A program made the translations under genes and the position numbers. The notes under the pieces were generated by a model that was not told the origin of the DNA, did not search any database, and saw only the letters and a program-made list of their open reading frames with translations. DNA of 64,000 bases from Trypanosoma brucei (Eukaryota), in assembly GCA_000002445.1 (NCBI GenBank), contig CM000207.1, positions 1,888,001-1,952,000 of the forward strand, read 5' to 3'. Below are positions 54,230 through 64,000 of this stretch, in pieces (within the stretch, counting starts at the first letter, position 1; each line of letters opens with the position of its first letter).

Positions 54230-55246
54230 GAGAATGAAAGAAACAAAAGAAAAAGAATGCTGGAACACTATCGCATATACATATATATATACCTATATGT
54301 ATGTGTGTGTGTGATCCTGCTGTTAAGTAGTAGTACTGATCTCTTTTCAACTCTCACTACCTAGATGTTTATTTGGGTTTGTTGGCTCACTCTCTCTCTC
54401 TCTCTCATCTAGTTAGCTCCTTTTATGTTTAATCATGTTGATTTGCTAATTTATTTGGCGGAAGGTTTTTATTTTATTTTTTTGAGGGAGGGGGGAGGGT
54501 GGTGAGGGGAGAGCGTGACGAATGTGAAAGGATGGCGGAGGTTAACGATGTGACGGAACAGTGTTAGGACAGACTAGAAAATAAAAAAGGAAGAGGAAAA
54601 ACGTGCTTGAGAAGAAAACCTCAAGACAATTATTACACGTGTGTTGACCTGAACAACTTTGCTTTGGTTCAGTGGGTAGTCCTTTCCTTCATCAGGTAAC
54701 GAAGTAACCCCAAGGGGTAAGGGAGGGGGGAAAGGAAACCTTCGTAAAGTGGTTGTAGCTGTTTTTTTTTTAAATATCATCGTGCTGCTATATATATATA
54801 TATAAGAGAACCATCCTGCACTGGATGTCTGCCGATCGCTTCGGTCAGATAAGCGGCTACAAGGGCGAGTAGCGAAAAGTAGTGGTGTTTCAATGAGTAG
54901 GTTTTCGTAGTATATTACTATTAGCGTTTAGAAAAATTTTGTTGACACGGACGAAGGATATTTAGTTCATTGTACATAACCTATGACTTTCCGGGAGTAT
55001 TCAAAAATTGAGCGTGAACAATCGCTTTTAGAAGGGCTTCTTGTTTTTCATCATTTTTAAAAACTTTTTTCTCTACTCTACTCCATTTATTTTTTTTAAT
55101 GCTCCATCAGTCATATAAAGATATATATATATATTTACGGAAGTATTAACCGAAGTATACCACCTGAGGCGAAGAATAAAAGGGGAAAAAATAAAAAATA
55201 AGAAAACGGGCTGTATTAGCGCTTAGAAACGCGTGCACTTGTTCGT

Positions 55247-55984
55247 ATGCATTGGGGGTATCGGCATGCGCTCGAAGTGGCACTGATATCGTTTTATCTC
55301 GGTGTATGTTTTACGCTGGGTGTTTCCTTAATGATTCATAGCGTATATTACACCGGAAGTGTTGCCGAATACGCCGTTGGGGCGTATGTTATTAGTTCAA
55401 TAGTGCTTTTCCATATGAGCGAATTCCTTGTGGCCGTATATTTCCTCCGGCATGACGCCCATCCGGGTGCATTCATGATATTTCACTCGCGTGAGTATAC
55501 CGTTGCAGGTGCCGCTGCCTGGTTGGAGTTCTTTACGGAACTTTTTTTCTGTTCTGAAGGCTGGAAGGTTTCCGCAACATCACGTTGGGGTTGGTTGTTT
55601 CGTCTCAACTACACTATGGTGAACTGTGCAGCTGTTTTGACTATATTTTTCTACTTGGTGCGTGTGTGTGGTATGGCACATTGTGGATGTAATTTTTCAT
55701 TGTTGATTGAGACGAGGCGAAGATCAAATCACGTACTCGTCACAGACGGTATTTACTCAATATTGCGTCATCCCGCTTATTTTGGGTATTTCTGGACGGC
55801 TCTCTTCTCACAACTTGTATTGGCAAACCCCTTTTGTTTCATGGCGTATGCCATTGTTTTGATACGTTTCTTCAAGGAGCGTATAACATATGAGGAAACA
55901 GTTCTGTCCAGTGTGGAGTTCTTTGGTGAATCTTACATGAAATATAAAGCTGGAACATGGGTGGGGATTCCTTTCATTCGTTAG
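55247..55984 (+). CDS. ICMT: Protein-S-isoprenylcysteine O-methyltransferase (ICMT)
   Basis: ATG at 55247, 245 aa, with multiple hydrophobic membrane-spanning segments. The C-terminal signature is HVLVTDGIYSILRHPAYFGYFW...E...EE (ICMT motif H.LVT.G.Y...RHP.Y.G). Confidence 0.85.
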   Translation: MHWGYRHALEVALISFYLGVCFTLGVSLMIHSVYYTGSVAEYAVGAYVISSIVLFHMSEFLVAVYFLRHDAHPGAFMIFHSREYTVAGAAAWLEFFTELFFCSEGWKVSATSRWGWLFRLNYTMVNCAAVLTIFFYLVRVCGMAHCGCNFSLLIETRRRSNHVLVTDGIYSILRHPAYFGYFWTALFSQLVLANPFCFMAYAIVLIRFFKERITYEETVLSSVEFFGESYMKYKAGTWVGIPFIR

Positions 55985-57075
55985 CGCCCACTTCTCCATT
56001 TGCGCGTTTGGCGGAACGGTTGTTGTGGAGCCTGAAAACCAACCTTCTTTTATTCTTCACATGTGGGGGTGGGGGCTAGTGACTAAAACAAAAAAAAAGA
56101 AGAGGAATTTGTATGATCGCTTCTTTGCCACACCTCTTGGTATTTGCTCTCCAGTTTCTTTGCGTCTTTTTTTTTTTAATTTCCCACGCATTATCTTTTT
56201 TTCTTCCTTTTCTGGTCCCTTCATTTCTCCCTTTCAATGGCTGCGTGGCTGTGAAAAGTGGTGGGATGGTGGAAGACATTTTAGACGTTGCGATGTACTT
56301 TTTTTTTTAACTTTTTGTGACTTTGGATGGTAACAGACGGAGGCGAAGAACGCGGAGCGAAAGTTTTCTGCTTCATTTTATCAATAAGTGTCTTTAGGAA
56401 AGGGGAACACAACGCGAATTAATTCTTTTTTTTTGTTTGCACTGGAGGCCGCATGTTTCGTGACGTTGCCGCCACTTCTTTCACGTTGGTGTCGTGTTGT
56501 ACAATTCTTGTACTGAGTGGAAGACTCCGTTCATTTATCGAACGTTTTATTGCTTCCTTTGTAAAAAAAAAAAAGAAGAATGACCTGAGTAATGACTTGT
56601 ACATTAAGATGTGCGTGAGGATAGATCTTTATACGCATGTCGAGTACGTCATAATTTACCTTACATCAGTTAACAACTGCGATTAACTTGTGTGTTCCTT
56701 AAAAACAGTACAAGAATTGGTCATTCATCATTATTACAAATTGGGTTGTTCGTTGTGTCTGTTTGTTCTTTCTTTTTTTTTTTCTTTTGAAGAGAAATTG
56801 TCGAAACCCATGAGTTAGCTTGCAAATTTGACAATTTTTTCCCTCATGGAATTAGACAATTTGTTCTATTATTCTTTTATTTGTGTACCATTTGCTGTGC
56901 TTTTGACGAAGTAACTGTGTAGTTTCCTCTTATTATCATTGTTTTTTTTTCAATTCCCTAGTCTTCCTTATAGGTGAGTTGGTTCACTTTTTTTTTTTCG
57001 AATATAAAATAAATAGAGTTGTGAGCAGTTTCCTTCGCGTTTGCGTATATTTTGGCTTACTTCTGTGGTGTTGTT

Positions 57076-58419
57076 ATGGTAACGTGGGCGCTGAAGTATT
57101 TTGTTCGCGTAGTCCGATGGTCGACAGAAGCATTCCTAATTTGGCCCACACGGCCACTTTTTGACTATGCCACCTCATTGCATTGTGTTCCCATAAGCGG
57201 CACATTTATTACTTCGGTTCTGCTCTGCTTCTACGGGTTCCCACTTTTCTGGTCTACCGCCATGGTTGCTGTCGGGTTTATCATCTCCGGTGTGTTATTT
57301 CTTGTGAGCCCTCTTCCACTATTGAAACCCATTGGCGGTCGCTATAGCGTGGGCCTTGTGCATATGAACGGCTGCCGTTCCCAATCCATACCACCAGTAG
57401 CTGTGTTTTATCCTACTAATATGGTCCCAGAGAAAAAGGGACTACCGTATGTCCCGTTTGGAGATGACCGTTTTCTTCGGGGCGTGGCGGCGTATGCAAA
57501 CGTGCCATTTTTCTTCATAAGGGATTTCTCCTTTGTTCGCATCAGTGCGTCCCGAAACGCGGTGCCCGCCGCTTTGCTCAACCAATATGAGAGAGTGCCA
57601 CCTATTGTTGTGTTCAGTCACGGTCTTGCCGGATACCATTTGTTCTACAGTTGCTTTGCGTTGGATCTTGCGGCGCGGGGTGCAATCGTGATTTGTCTTG
57701 GCCATTGCGACAATAGTGCTTCTTTCATGCGTGACAGTAGCGGTAAGGAAAGTGAAGTTCCGCTCAAGGACTATGGATGGGAGGTACCCGCACGTGAAGC
57801 CCAAGTTGCACAAAGGGTAAGCGAGGTGAGGGGAACACTTCAACGCCTAACGGAAAAGGACTTTTGGACAACTTTGGGCTACATTAATTCAGATATTGAC
57901 AAGTTTCTTAGCAAACCGTTGCAGGTACATCTTGCGGGTCATTCATTTGGCGGTGCCACTGTACTCGCGGCTGCATTAGAAGAGAACCAAAATCCCGTGA
58001 AGGGAGTCAGCGTAAAGAGCGTGTATACGTTTGACCCATGGATGGTACCAATACAAAATGAACATTTTTGCAACCCGCTTTCTGATGGCCGTAAATCCTA
58101 TACTGTTCCAACGGTTACTGTGCATTCAGACGACTGGGTAAAAGATTCTGAGAGTTGGGAATTCTTTAAAAGGATGAAAGCGCTGGTGTTAGAACAATCT
58201 GCATATGCTTCGCTCAATGAAGTGGAGAAACAAGCGCTCTTTGGTATTGTGGTCACGAAGAATACGAACCACCTTTCTCTTGTAGATGTCTCTGTACTCA
58301 GTCCCGTCATGCATGGAAATATCTGGGCCACAGTGTCACCGCGAGTACAAATTATGGAGTGGTGTAATGCACTTCTTCGCTTCGCAAAGCAAAATACCGA
58401 AGTGTGTTCAACGTGTTAG
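57076..58419 (+). CDS. PAF-acetylhydrolase-like (group VII PLA2 family) alpha/beta hydrolase
   Basis: The track's 57052 is TTG and the first ATG is at 57076. VFSHGLAGYHLFYSCFALDLAARGAIVICLGHCDNSAS matches PAF-AH VFSHGLGAFRTLYS...ASHGFIVAAVEHRDRSAS. The nucleophile elbow is GHSFGGAT, and the N-terminus has hydrophobic segments. Confidence 0.8.
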   Translation: MVTWALKYFVRVVRWSTEAFLIWPTRPLFDYATSLHCVPISGTFITSVLLCFYGFPLFWSTAMVAVGFIISGVLFLVSPLPLLKPIGGRYSVGLVHMNGCRSQSIPPVAVFYPTNMVPEKKGLPYVPFGDDRFLRGVAAYANVPFFFIRDFSFVRISASRNAVPAALLNQYERVPPIVVFSHGLAGYHLFYSCFALDLAARGAIVICLGHCDNSASFMRDSSGKESEVPLKDYGWEVPAREAQVAQRVSEVRGTLQRLTEKDFWTTLGYINSDIDKFLSKPLQVHLAGHSFGGATVLAAALEENQNPVKGVSVKSVYTFDPWMVPIQNEHFCNPLSDGRKSYTVPTVTVHSDDWVKDSESWEFFKRMKALVLEQSAYASLNEVEKQALFGIVVTKNTNHLSLVDVSVLSPVMHGNIWATVSPRVQIMEWCNALLRFAKQNTEVCSTC

Positions 58420-59945
58420 CAATCCGTGATGGTGTCATGCCCTTTTCAAAGTGAATCGCCCTCGAGGCACAGTTATTTGATACTGGGCCGGTAGGTCATA
58501 TCGAGCTGGCCTTAGGTTTTGTGGTTTTATGTTGCTTATCATGTTTTGATTTTGACTGAATTTATGGCTGTGCTGCGTACCCCCATTCACTGAAACTTGT
58601 CCGCAAATTGTTCGAGAGAAGATTATTAGCGAGCAAATGGGGAGAAGCATTTTGTAACGACGGCTTAAAGCGTTCGCCACGGTAATTTGTTTTTTTTCAA
58701 GAATATATTTTAATTCCCTGAGGAGATCAATCAGTCAAGGGGAAACTTTCGTCCGGAGTGAAATGCGGGTGGGGGAGGGAAATTACTGGGATTTTGTGTA
58801 GTAACGATCCGTGGTAATGTACTTTCACATCCCATCCATTCACACAATCACATACATATGCATACAAACATACTTACATTATGTATGCATTTACAACTGT
58901 TTGTGTATATATAAGGGTGAGAGCTGCGGTGAAGATGAGGAGGAGGCGATAAAAGCGAGAAATATAGTCGCGGCAGTTAAGTGAAGGGAACGTTTGAAAA
59001 GGAGCACCGGCGGCAACATAAACCGGGATGACTGAGAGATTATTGAGCACTTTCTTCCATGCTGTTATTAACATAAAGAAAAAAAGGGGAGGGAGTTCAC
59101 AAGGGTTGCTTTGCGATAAAAAGGAAGAAAAAAATCATCACATAGACATAGCGTCGAGTGTCATGATGCATGAAGGTCTCGTTGATGGGGTAGCAATCGT
59201 AAGATTGGGCAATGCGCTACCAAGGGTAGAATAAGTAAACAGAAGAAGTCAGTGAGGGGAAAGAGAAAGAAGAAGGGAAAACAACAGGGAAAGACAAAAA
59301 TAAAAAAGAACTCAAACCCTTTTACACGCTAAAAAAAAAATAGGTGCGCTGTATTCTTACATTTAAAAAAAAAATGTTTTAATTGTGTTATTTCCTGACA
59401 AACATAGCTGGTAGGTATTTTCTTACTCTCCAGCACACATATCCCAGGGCTACATTTTGCTCGGAGAAGAGTACTCACTTTCTTCTTTTTTTTCCATTCA
59501 TAACTTTTATTTTTATTGTTCATTTAATTGTAACGTTAACAATAGTATTGCAAATTAAGGAACTAGGAAAGACAATTTGGATGTTTATGTGTGGGCACCA
59601 ACTGTTGCTACTTTTGTTGGTATATCTATACACGTAGATATATCGCCATTGTGACTCTCACGCGCACCATTTTTGACGGCCGCTGTTTTTTGTTGTTTTT
59701 TTTTTTTGCTTTCCATCAGCTGTGAAGCATTTAAGGGGAATTTTTTTTATTTGTTATTGAGGGGAGTATCGGCTGTCCCCTACGGTATGTTGATGTTGAA
59801 AAAGTCTGCGCCATCACGCGTTTGTTTAATGAGATTCTTCTTCAAACTGCTATTTTTCACCGTCACCATAAGATTTGTCTCACGACGTACTTTTTTTTGG
59901 TTTTTTTTTTGGTTTTCAGCATGTATTCTAAAGTAGCGTTTACAA

Positions 59946-61130
59946 ATGCTCGGTGCAGGCACGTGGTTTATCGGATTTGGAATACCCGCGGTGCTCGCTG
60001 GGGGTTTTGTCGCGTCTCGTAAACGTCTGGCATATCAATGGCGTGAAGAACTGATGGACCCCGATGGGGGCGCCTACCCGCCCCTCACGGATGCGGATAT
60101 GGAATTTATCCGCCACGTCACTCCTCCCGAGTGGCCGTTACCGGAGGGACAGTTACCAACAGCTAAGAAAGTTACGGGATTATTTGTCTCCCCTGATGTA
60201 TTATCGGGTGATGAGGGTGGCGCATTGCTGGACGAAGTGAAACGTTGGATTGCATTGTATGGACAAAAGGTGGACCTTCGAAAGGTTGCGTTTGCCGAAT
60301 CCCAGGCTCAGTCAGAAGGAGTAGATATCGGTTTTTACAGTGATATTGCAATTATTTCGGATCATGCAGAAGACATTCAGTTGATGAAGGCACCATGGGA
60401 AACAGGAGATCGCATTAAGCATCATAAAATGCCTTCCTCACTGCGGTACATGGTAAACAAGATGCAGAGGAAATTTGAGGGGTTAGGTCGTCTTCGTCAC
60501 GTTTATGTCGAGTATTCGCCCAGCGGGAGGTTTTACCACGAACCAAAACCAACGAAGGCCTTTGATGGTCACGATTATGTTGTCATTCCTCTACGACGGG
60601 ATCAAAATGCCACCGTAGTAACATTTGCGCCACTGTTGCGCTCACGATGTTCATTTGTGAAAGAGGTGCTGATGCGATCTTGGACGTCACATGATGTGGA
60701 CGTTATTATACCCCCGGGCAGTGCCCTTCGGGTATATGGGTCAGCACGGTATGAATGGGGCTGGGGCATACGTCCTGGAAACGTTTGGTTCGGTAACTAT
60801 CGGAATTCAATTCGCCACATCGATGCCATTCGAACTCCATTTTATCTGCATAATATATTGTCGTCAATGGCGTGCCGTATTTTACGACCCGCACCGTCTG
60901 TCAAGGAAAGTGATGCGGCGCTCGTGGTGCTGCACTTTGACGGCCCTCGTGACTTTGACAAACCACGCTCACTACTGCTTCAACCAGAATCCTTGATATT
61001 TGGTCGCCCGCCGACGGTGGAGACGTATGAAAAGTGGGTGGAGGAAAAGCCTACAACAGAGTCAGTGCGTAACGAGGGCGTTTTCCTTTTCATGGTGAAA
61101 AATTACGTGGAGATGCTGAGAGTAACGTAA
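59946..61130 (+). CDS. Hypothetical protein, possibly an AlkB-homolog-7-like 2OG-Fe(II) oxygenase
   Basis: ATG at 59946, 394 aa. The N-terminal hydrophobic segment GTWFIGFGIPAVLAGGFV suggests a membrane anchor or targeting sequence. GSALRVYGSARYEWGWGI resembles the ALKBH7 segment GSLYILRGSARYDFSHEI, with H/D residues nearby (SHDVD, RHID). The similarity comes from memory and is weak. Confidence 0.3.
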   Translation: MLGAGTWFIGFGIPAVLAGGFVASRKRLAYQWREELMDPDGGAYPPLTDADMEFIRHVTPPEWPLPEGQLPTAKKVTGLFVSPDVLSGDEGGALLDEVKRWIALYGQKVDLRKVAFAESQAQSEGVDIGFYSDIAIISDHAEDIQLMKAPWETGDRIKHHKMPSSLRYMVNKMQRKFEGLGRLRHVYVEYSPSGRFYHEPKPTKAFDGHDYVVIPLRRDQNATVVTFAPLLRSRCSFVKEVLMRSWTSHDVDVIIPPGSALRVYGSARYEWGWGIRPGNVWFGNYRNSIRHIDAIRTPFYLHNILSSMACRILRPAPSVKESDAALVVLHFDGPRDFDKPRSLLLQPESLIFGRPPTVETYEKWVEEKPTTESVRNEGVFLFMVKNYVEMLRVT

Positions 61131-61481
61131 ATATGATAGGTGTGTATCATCATCTCCCCTTTCCTTTGTGAACGTGTATGTGATCATCATTACGGTTGCT
61201 CTGTTTTTTGGAGGCACTCCGTCGCAGTGTTTGCTTGTTGGTATAGTTGTTGTTTTTTGCAGAATTTCCCGATGCTGAATGGACAACTGAAATCGTACTA
61301 TTCACATAGGGAGTTGCTTGATCGCTTGATTGGTGAATGGGAAGTAAACGACGTCGGCCTACTTGTATTTACATAGCCGTCTAGCGTTGATTACCACACA
61401 AACATACCCTAGTGTTTATTATCCCTATTCCCTTCTGTTGTATGAAACATTTTACTAGCACAAAGGCGAAATATCAGCGAC

Positions 61482-62654
61482 ATGTTCAGGACTATAGGAA
61501 TCGTGCGGTTATGGAGAACCTCGCGGATCGTTCGACTCCCAGCCAGTGGCTTGGGGACAGATGCCAAAAGTTGCACCGCGCCTACACAGCCGTTGAGTAC
61601 ATCATCAGCAACGTCCTCTTCTTCAATGATTTTGAAATACCCATACCGAGTCGTAGATACACATGAGAAACTAAAAGAGGCTGTTACTTCGCTACAAGGT
61701 GCTCGCTCGATTGCTCTGGACATCGAGGCTTTTTGTACAACGGACCAAGCGAAGCAGCTTGGACGTATATCACTGGTTCAGGCATGCTCAGATGCCAAAC
61801 CTGTAGTGTTTTTGTTCGACGTTCTCACCCTAACACCTGATGTGTTTGTCAAAGACATGCAATCCTTACTGAGTGATAGAGAGATAAGGAAGCTGTTCTT
61901 TGACTGCAGACGTGATGTGGAAGCACTCAGTTGCCAACTTGGGGTAAAACCGGAGGGTGTTTTAGATCTGCAAGTTTTCTTCACTGCCATTCAGTGGAAA
62001 TTGCGCAGTGTAAACCGCCGCTCGGGAATGGGGTACGTGCTGAAGAGTGTCGCTGGCCTCACACGACAGGAAGGAGACTCTGCAGTTCAAACCGCTATGA
62101 CACTTGGCAACCGCCCCGTTTGGGACATTCGACCCCTGCCGGACCATTTCCTTGAGTACGCTGCGGGTGATGTGCGGCACATTTTGCTGCTTTCCAATTA
62201 CCTTGTGGGAAACAAAGATGTTCCAGTGGATGTTGTTGCAGTGGAGCGACTCACTGCCCAATATGTTGAACATTACGCCGTGGGGAAACCAGTGATAACG
62301 GAGGCAGATGCCACACCTGCTGAGGTAAATAGGGCGTGGCTCGAACGGTACATTGGACCAGGTGGAGGTTGTCACTTCTGCGGGGCTAAGGGGCATACAG
62401 AGGCTGAATGCTTCAAAAAGCAAAATGGGAAGGCAAAATGCTCTTTCTGTGGGGAAGTCGGTCACACCGCACGCAACTGCTTCAAGAAACATCCGCAGCT
62501 CTTAACGTGCGAAAAGTGCGGTCAACTCGGGCATACGGGCACCAGTTGTTTTCGCACTAACCCGTGCAAGCACTGTGGTGGCCCCCATAGCAGCGCCAAT
62601 TGTCACAAAGTTATTTGGCAACAGAAACGTTTGGGGGAAAATTCTTTACATTGA
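61482..62654 (+). CDS. DEDDy-type 3'-5' exonuclease domain protein with four C-terminal CCHC-type zinc knuckles
   Basis: ATG at 61482 (an internal Met at MILKYPY is also possible), 390 aa. The exonuclease motifs are Exo I SIALDIEAF, Exo II FFDCRRDVEAL and Exo III EYAAGDVRHIL (Y-x3-D). The knuckles are CHFCGAKGHTEAEC, CSFCGEVGHTARNC, CEKCGQLGHTGTSC and a degenerate CKHCGGPHSSANC. Confidence 0.7.
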   Translation: MFRTIGIVRLWRTSRIVRLPASGLGTDAKSCTAPTQPLSTSSATSSSSMILKYPYRVVDTHEKLKEAVTSLQGARSIALDIEAFCTTDQAKQLGRISLVQACSDAKPVVFLFDVLTLTPDVFVKDMQSLLSDREIRKLFFDCRRDVEALSCQLGVKPEGVLDLQVFFTAIQWKLRSVNRRSGMGYVLKSVAGLTRQEGDSAVQTAMTLGNRPVWDIRPLPDHFLEYAAGDVRHILLLSNYLVGNKDVPVDVVAVERLTAQYVEHYAVGKPVITEADATPAEVNRAWLERYIGPGGGCHFCGAKGHTEAECFKKQNGKAKCSFCGEVGHTARNCFKKHPQLLTCEKCGQLGHTGTSCFRTNPCKHCGGPHSSANCHKVIWQQKRLGENSLH

Positions 62655-63454
62655 ACGAAACGGTTTTTTTTTGTTACTGGGACAGCGGATATCAGCAACA
62701 AATACGCCTCTTCTTCGGCTCTCTCTTTCTCTTATCCTTTAATTTTTGAAGGGTTTGTTGGAAGAGAATGGAGGGATCCAGTGAATGTGCGTTACCGCAC
62801 TGGATGACAAAAGAAGGTAGTTATTGTAAATTTTTGATCCGTCGCAGTCATTTCAGCGTTGTGTTACTGGCGTATATGCTTGCATGCGGTTATACAAAAA
62901 TGTATTTATACATTTGTTATTAACAATTTTTCGTCATACATAGCTTGTACCGCATTTTGTCGTTACTTTATCATATAATCTTCGTTTCTTGTCTTGGCTT
63001 TCCATCATCGAATAGAGGCTGAGTATTCCTTTGAAGCTCCACCTTAGGAGAAGAAAGGGAAACGAAAAAGTGAAAGGGTTTCCAATCTAGGTCAATATAA
63101 ATACCTATATATTTCAAGTTGCAGCAGGTTGTACAGGTGCGGATCCCATTCCCTTTTACTGTTCTGGAGGAAGAAGGAGTTTAAACACCTCTTTCCTTCG
63201 GAAGCCTGTGGATTAAGGTGGTGAATAAACCACTGGACCGTAGCTTTGACCGTGGGAGGGGACATAATAAACAGTAGAAGTAAAAGATAAAAGTGAAGAA
63301 GCTTTATTACTATTATTATTATTGCTTTTCTAACTTGACAAAGAGCTGGGAGAAACGGAACTGGTACGTGCGCATCAGGGCCACATACGAACACCGAATT
63401 ATTAAAGGAAAAGAGAAGACTGCGAGCCTTCGAATTTGTTGTTAGATAACCCTC

Positions 63455-64000
63455 ATGTTGCGGTTCACGTCCGTCTCTTCGATTTGGCGACGCCTTGCCG
63501 CGGCACCGCCAACAGCAGCAACGGCAGCCTTTGCGAATGTTTCCAAGCGCCAATCTAGTAGTAACAAAGACTACTACAAAATATTGGGGGTCAGTCAATC
63601 CGCCAGTCAAAGTGACATTAAGAAGGCGTACCGCAAGCGCGCCCTCGAGACCCACCCTGATCAAGGTGGTAATAAAGAGGACTTTGCAGAAGTGGCAGAG
63701 GCATACGAATGCCTCAGTAACGAGGAGAAGCGCCGCATTTATGATCAGTACGGTTCTGAAGCCGCAGCCAACATGAACGCGGGTGGCGGCATGGGTGGCT
63801 TTGGTGGACGTAGTGCGGAAGATATTTTTGCGGAGTTCTTCAAAGGTGGCATGGGAGGTTTTGGTGGTAATAGGTCTGCCGGCCCACCTCAGGTGCCCCC
63901 GCTGGAGGTTACATTGAGGATGACGTTGGAGGAGGTCTATAAAGGTGCGTCGAAATCCCCTCGCGTTAATCGTCCAGTTGTTTGCTCAGATTGCCGTGGA
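63455..64000 (+). CDS. Mitochondrial-type DnaJ (type I, Mdj1-like), 3'-partial at the window end
   Basis: ATG at 63455. This ORF is not in the track because no stop occurs before the window end. Translation gives [70 protein letters not shown]...: an R/S/A-rich presequence, a J-domain with HPD, a G/F-rich region (GGGMGGFGG...GGMGGFGG) and the start of a CxxCxG zinc-finger repeat (CSDCRG). Confidence 0.8.
   Translation, partial: MLRFTSVSSIWRRLAAAPPTAATAAFANVSKRQSSSNKDYYKILGVSQSASQSDIKKAYRKRALETHPDQGGNKEDFAEVAEAYECLSNEEKRRIYDQYGSEAAANMNAGGGMGGFGGRSAEDIFAEFFKGGMGGFGGNRSAGPPQVPPLEVTLRMTLEEVYKGASKSPRVNRPVVCSDCRG

Overview
The window reads as a core chromosomal segment of a kinetoplastid, most consistent with an African trypanosome (Trypanosoma brucei group); the species assignment is inference. 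Every convincing protein-coding ORF lies on the + strand, is intron-less, and is separated by pyrimidine-rich spacers carrying simple repeats, which is the pattern of a single polycistronic transcription unit. I recognise about 23 CDS. In order they are: a 5'-truncated STE-like protein kinase, riboflavin kinase, an EF-hand protein, an acidic hypothetical protein, an inositol-polyphosphate kinase (IPMK-like), an LC8-type dynein light chain with an N-terminal extension, a large WD40/EF-hand protein, a hypothetical protein, a DDX3/Ded1-type DEAD-box helicase and a J-domain membrane protein. These are followed by a tandem array of five near-identical glycerol kinase genes, each ending in the PTS1 tripeptide AKL, plus a sixth partial repeat unit. 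After the array come ubiquitin-activating enzyme E1, an RBBP6/Mpe1-like DWNN-zinc-knuckle-RING protein, an NDUFA12-family protein, isoprenylcysteine carboxyl methyltransferase, a PAF-acetylhydrolase-like lipase, a possible AlkB-like oxygenase, a DEDDy 3'-5' exonuclease fused to CCHC zinc knuckles, and the 5' part of a mitochondrial-type DnaJ. The dominant structural feature is the roughly 19 kb glycerol kinase array (unit about 3577 bp, positions about 28058-47067), with copy-specific amino-acid variants and microsatellite-length polymorphism between units. The ORF track supplied uses bacterial-style alternative starts (GTG/TTG translated as M), so I re-anchored several starts to the first in-frame ATG. 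I saw no CRISPR array, retroelement or rRNA, and nothing I could support as a tRNA by eye.
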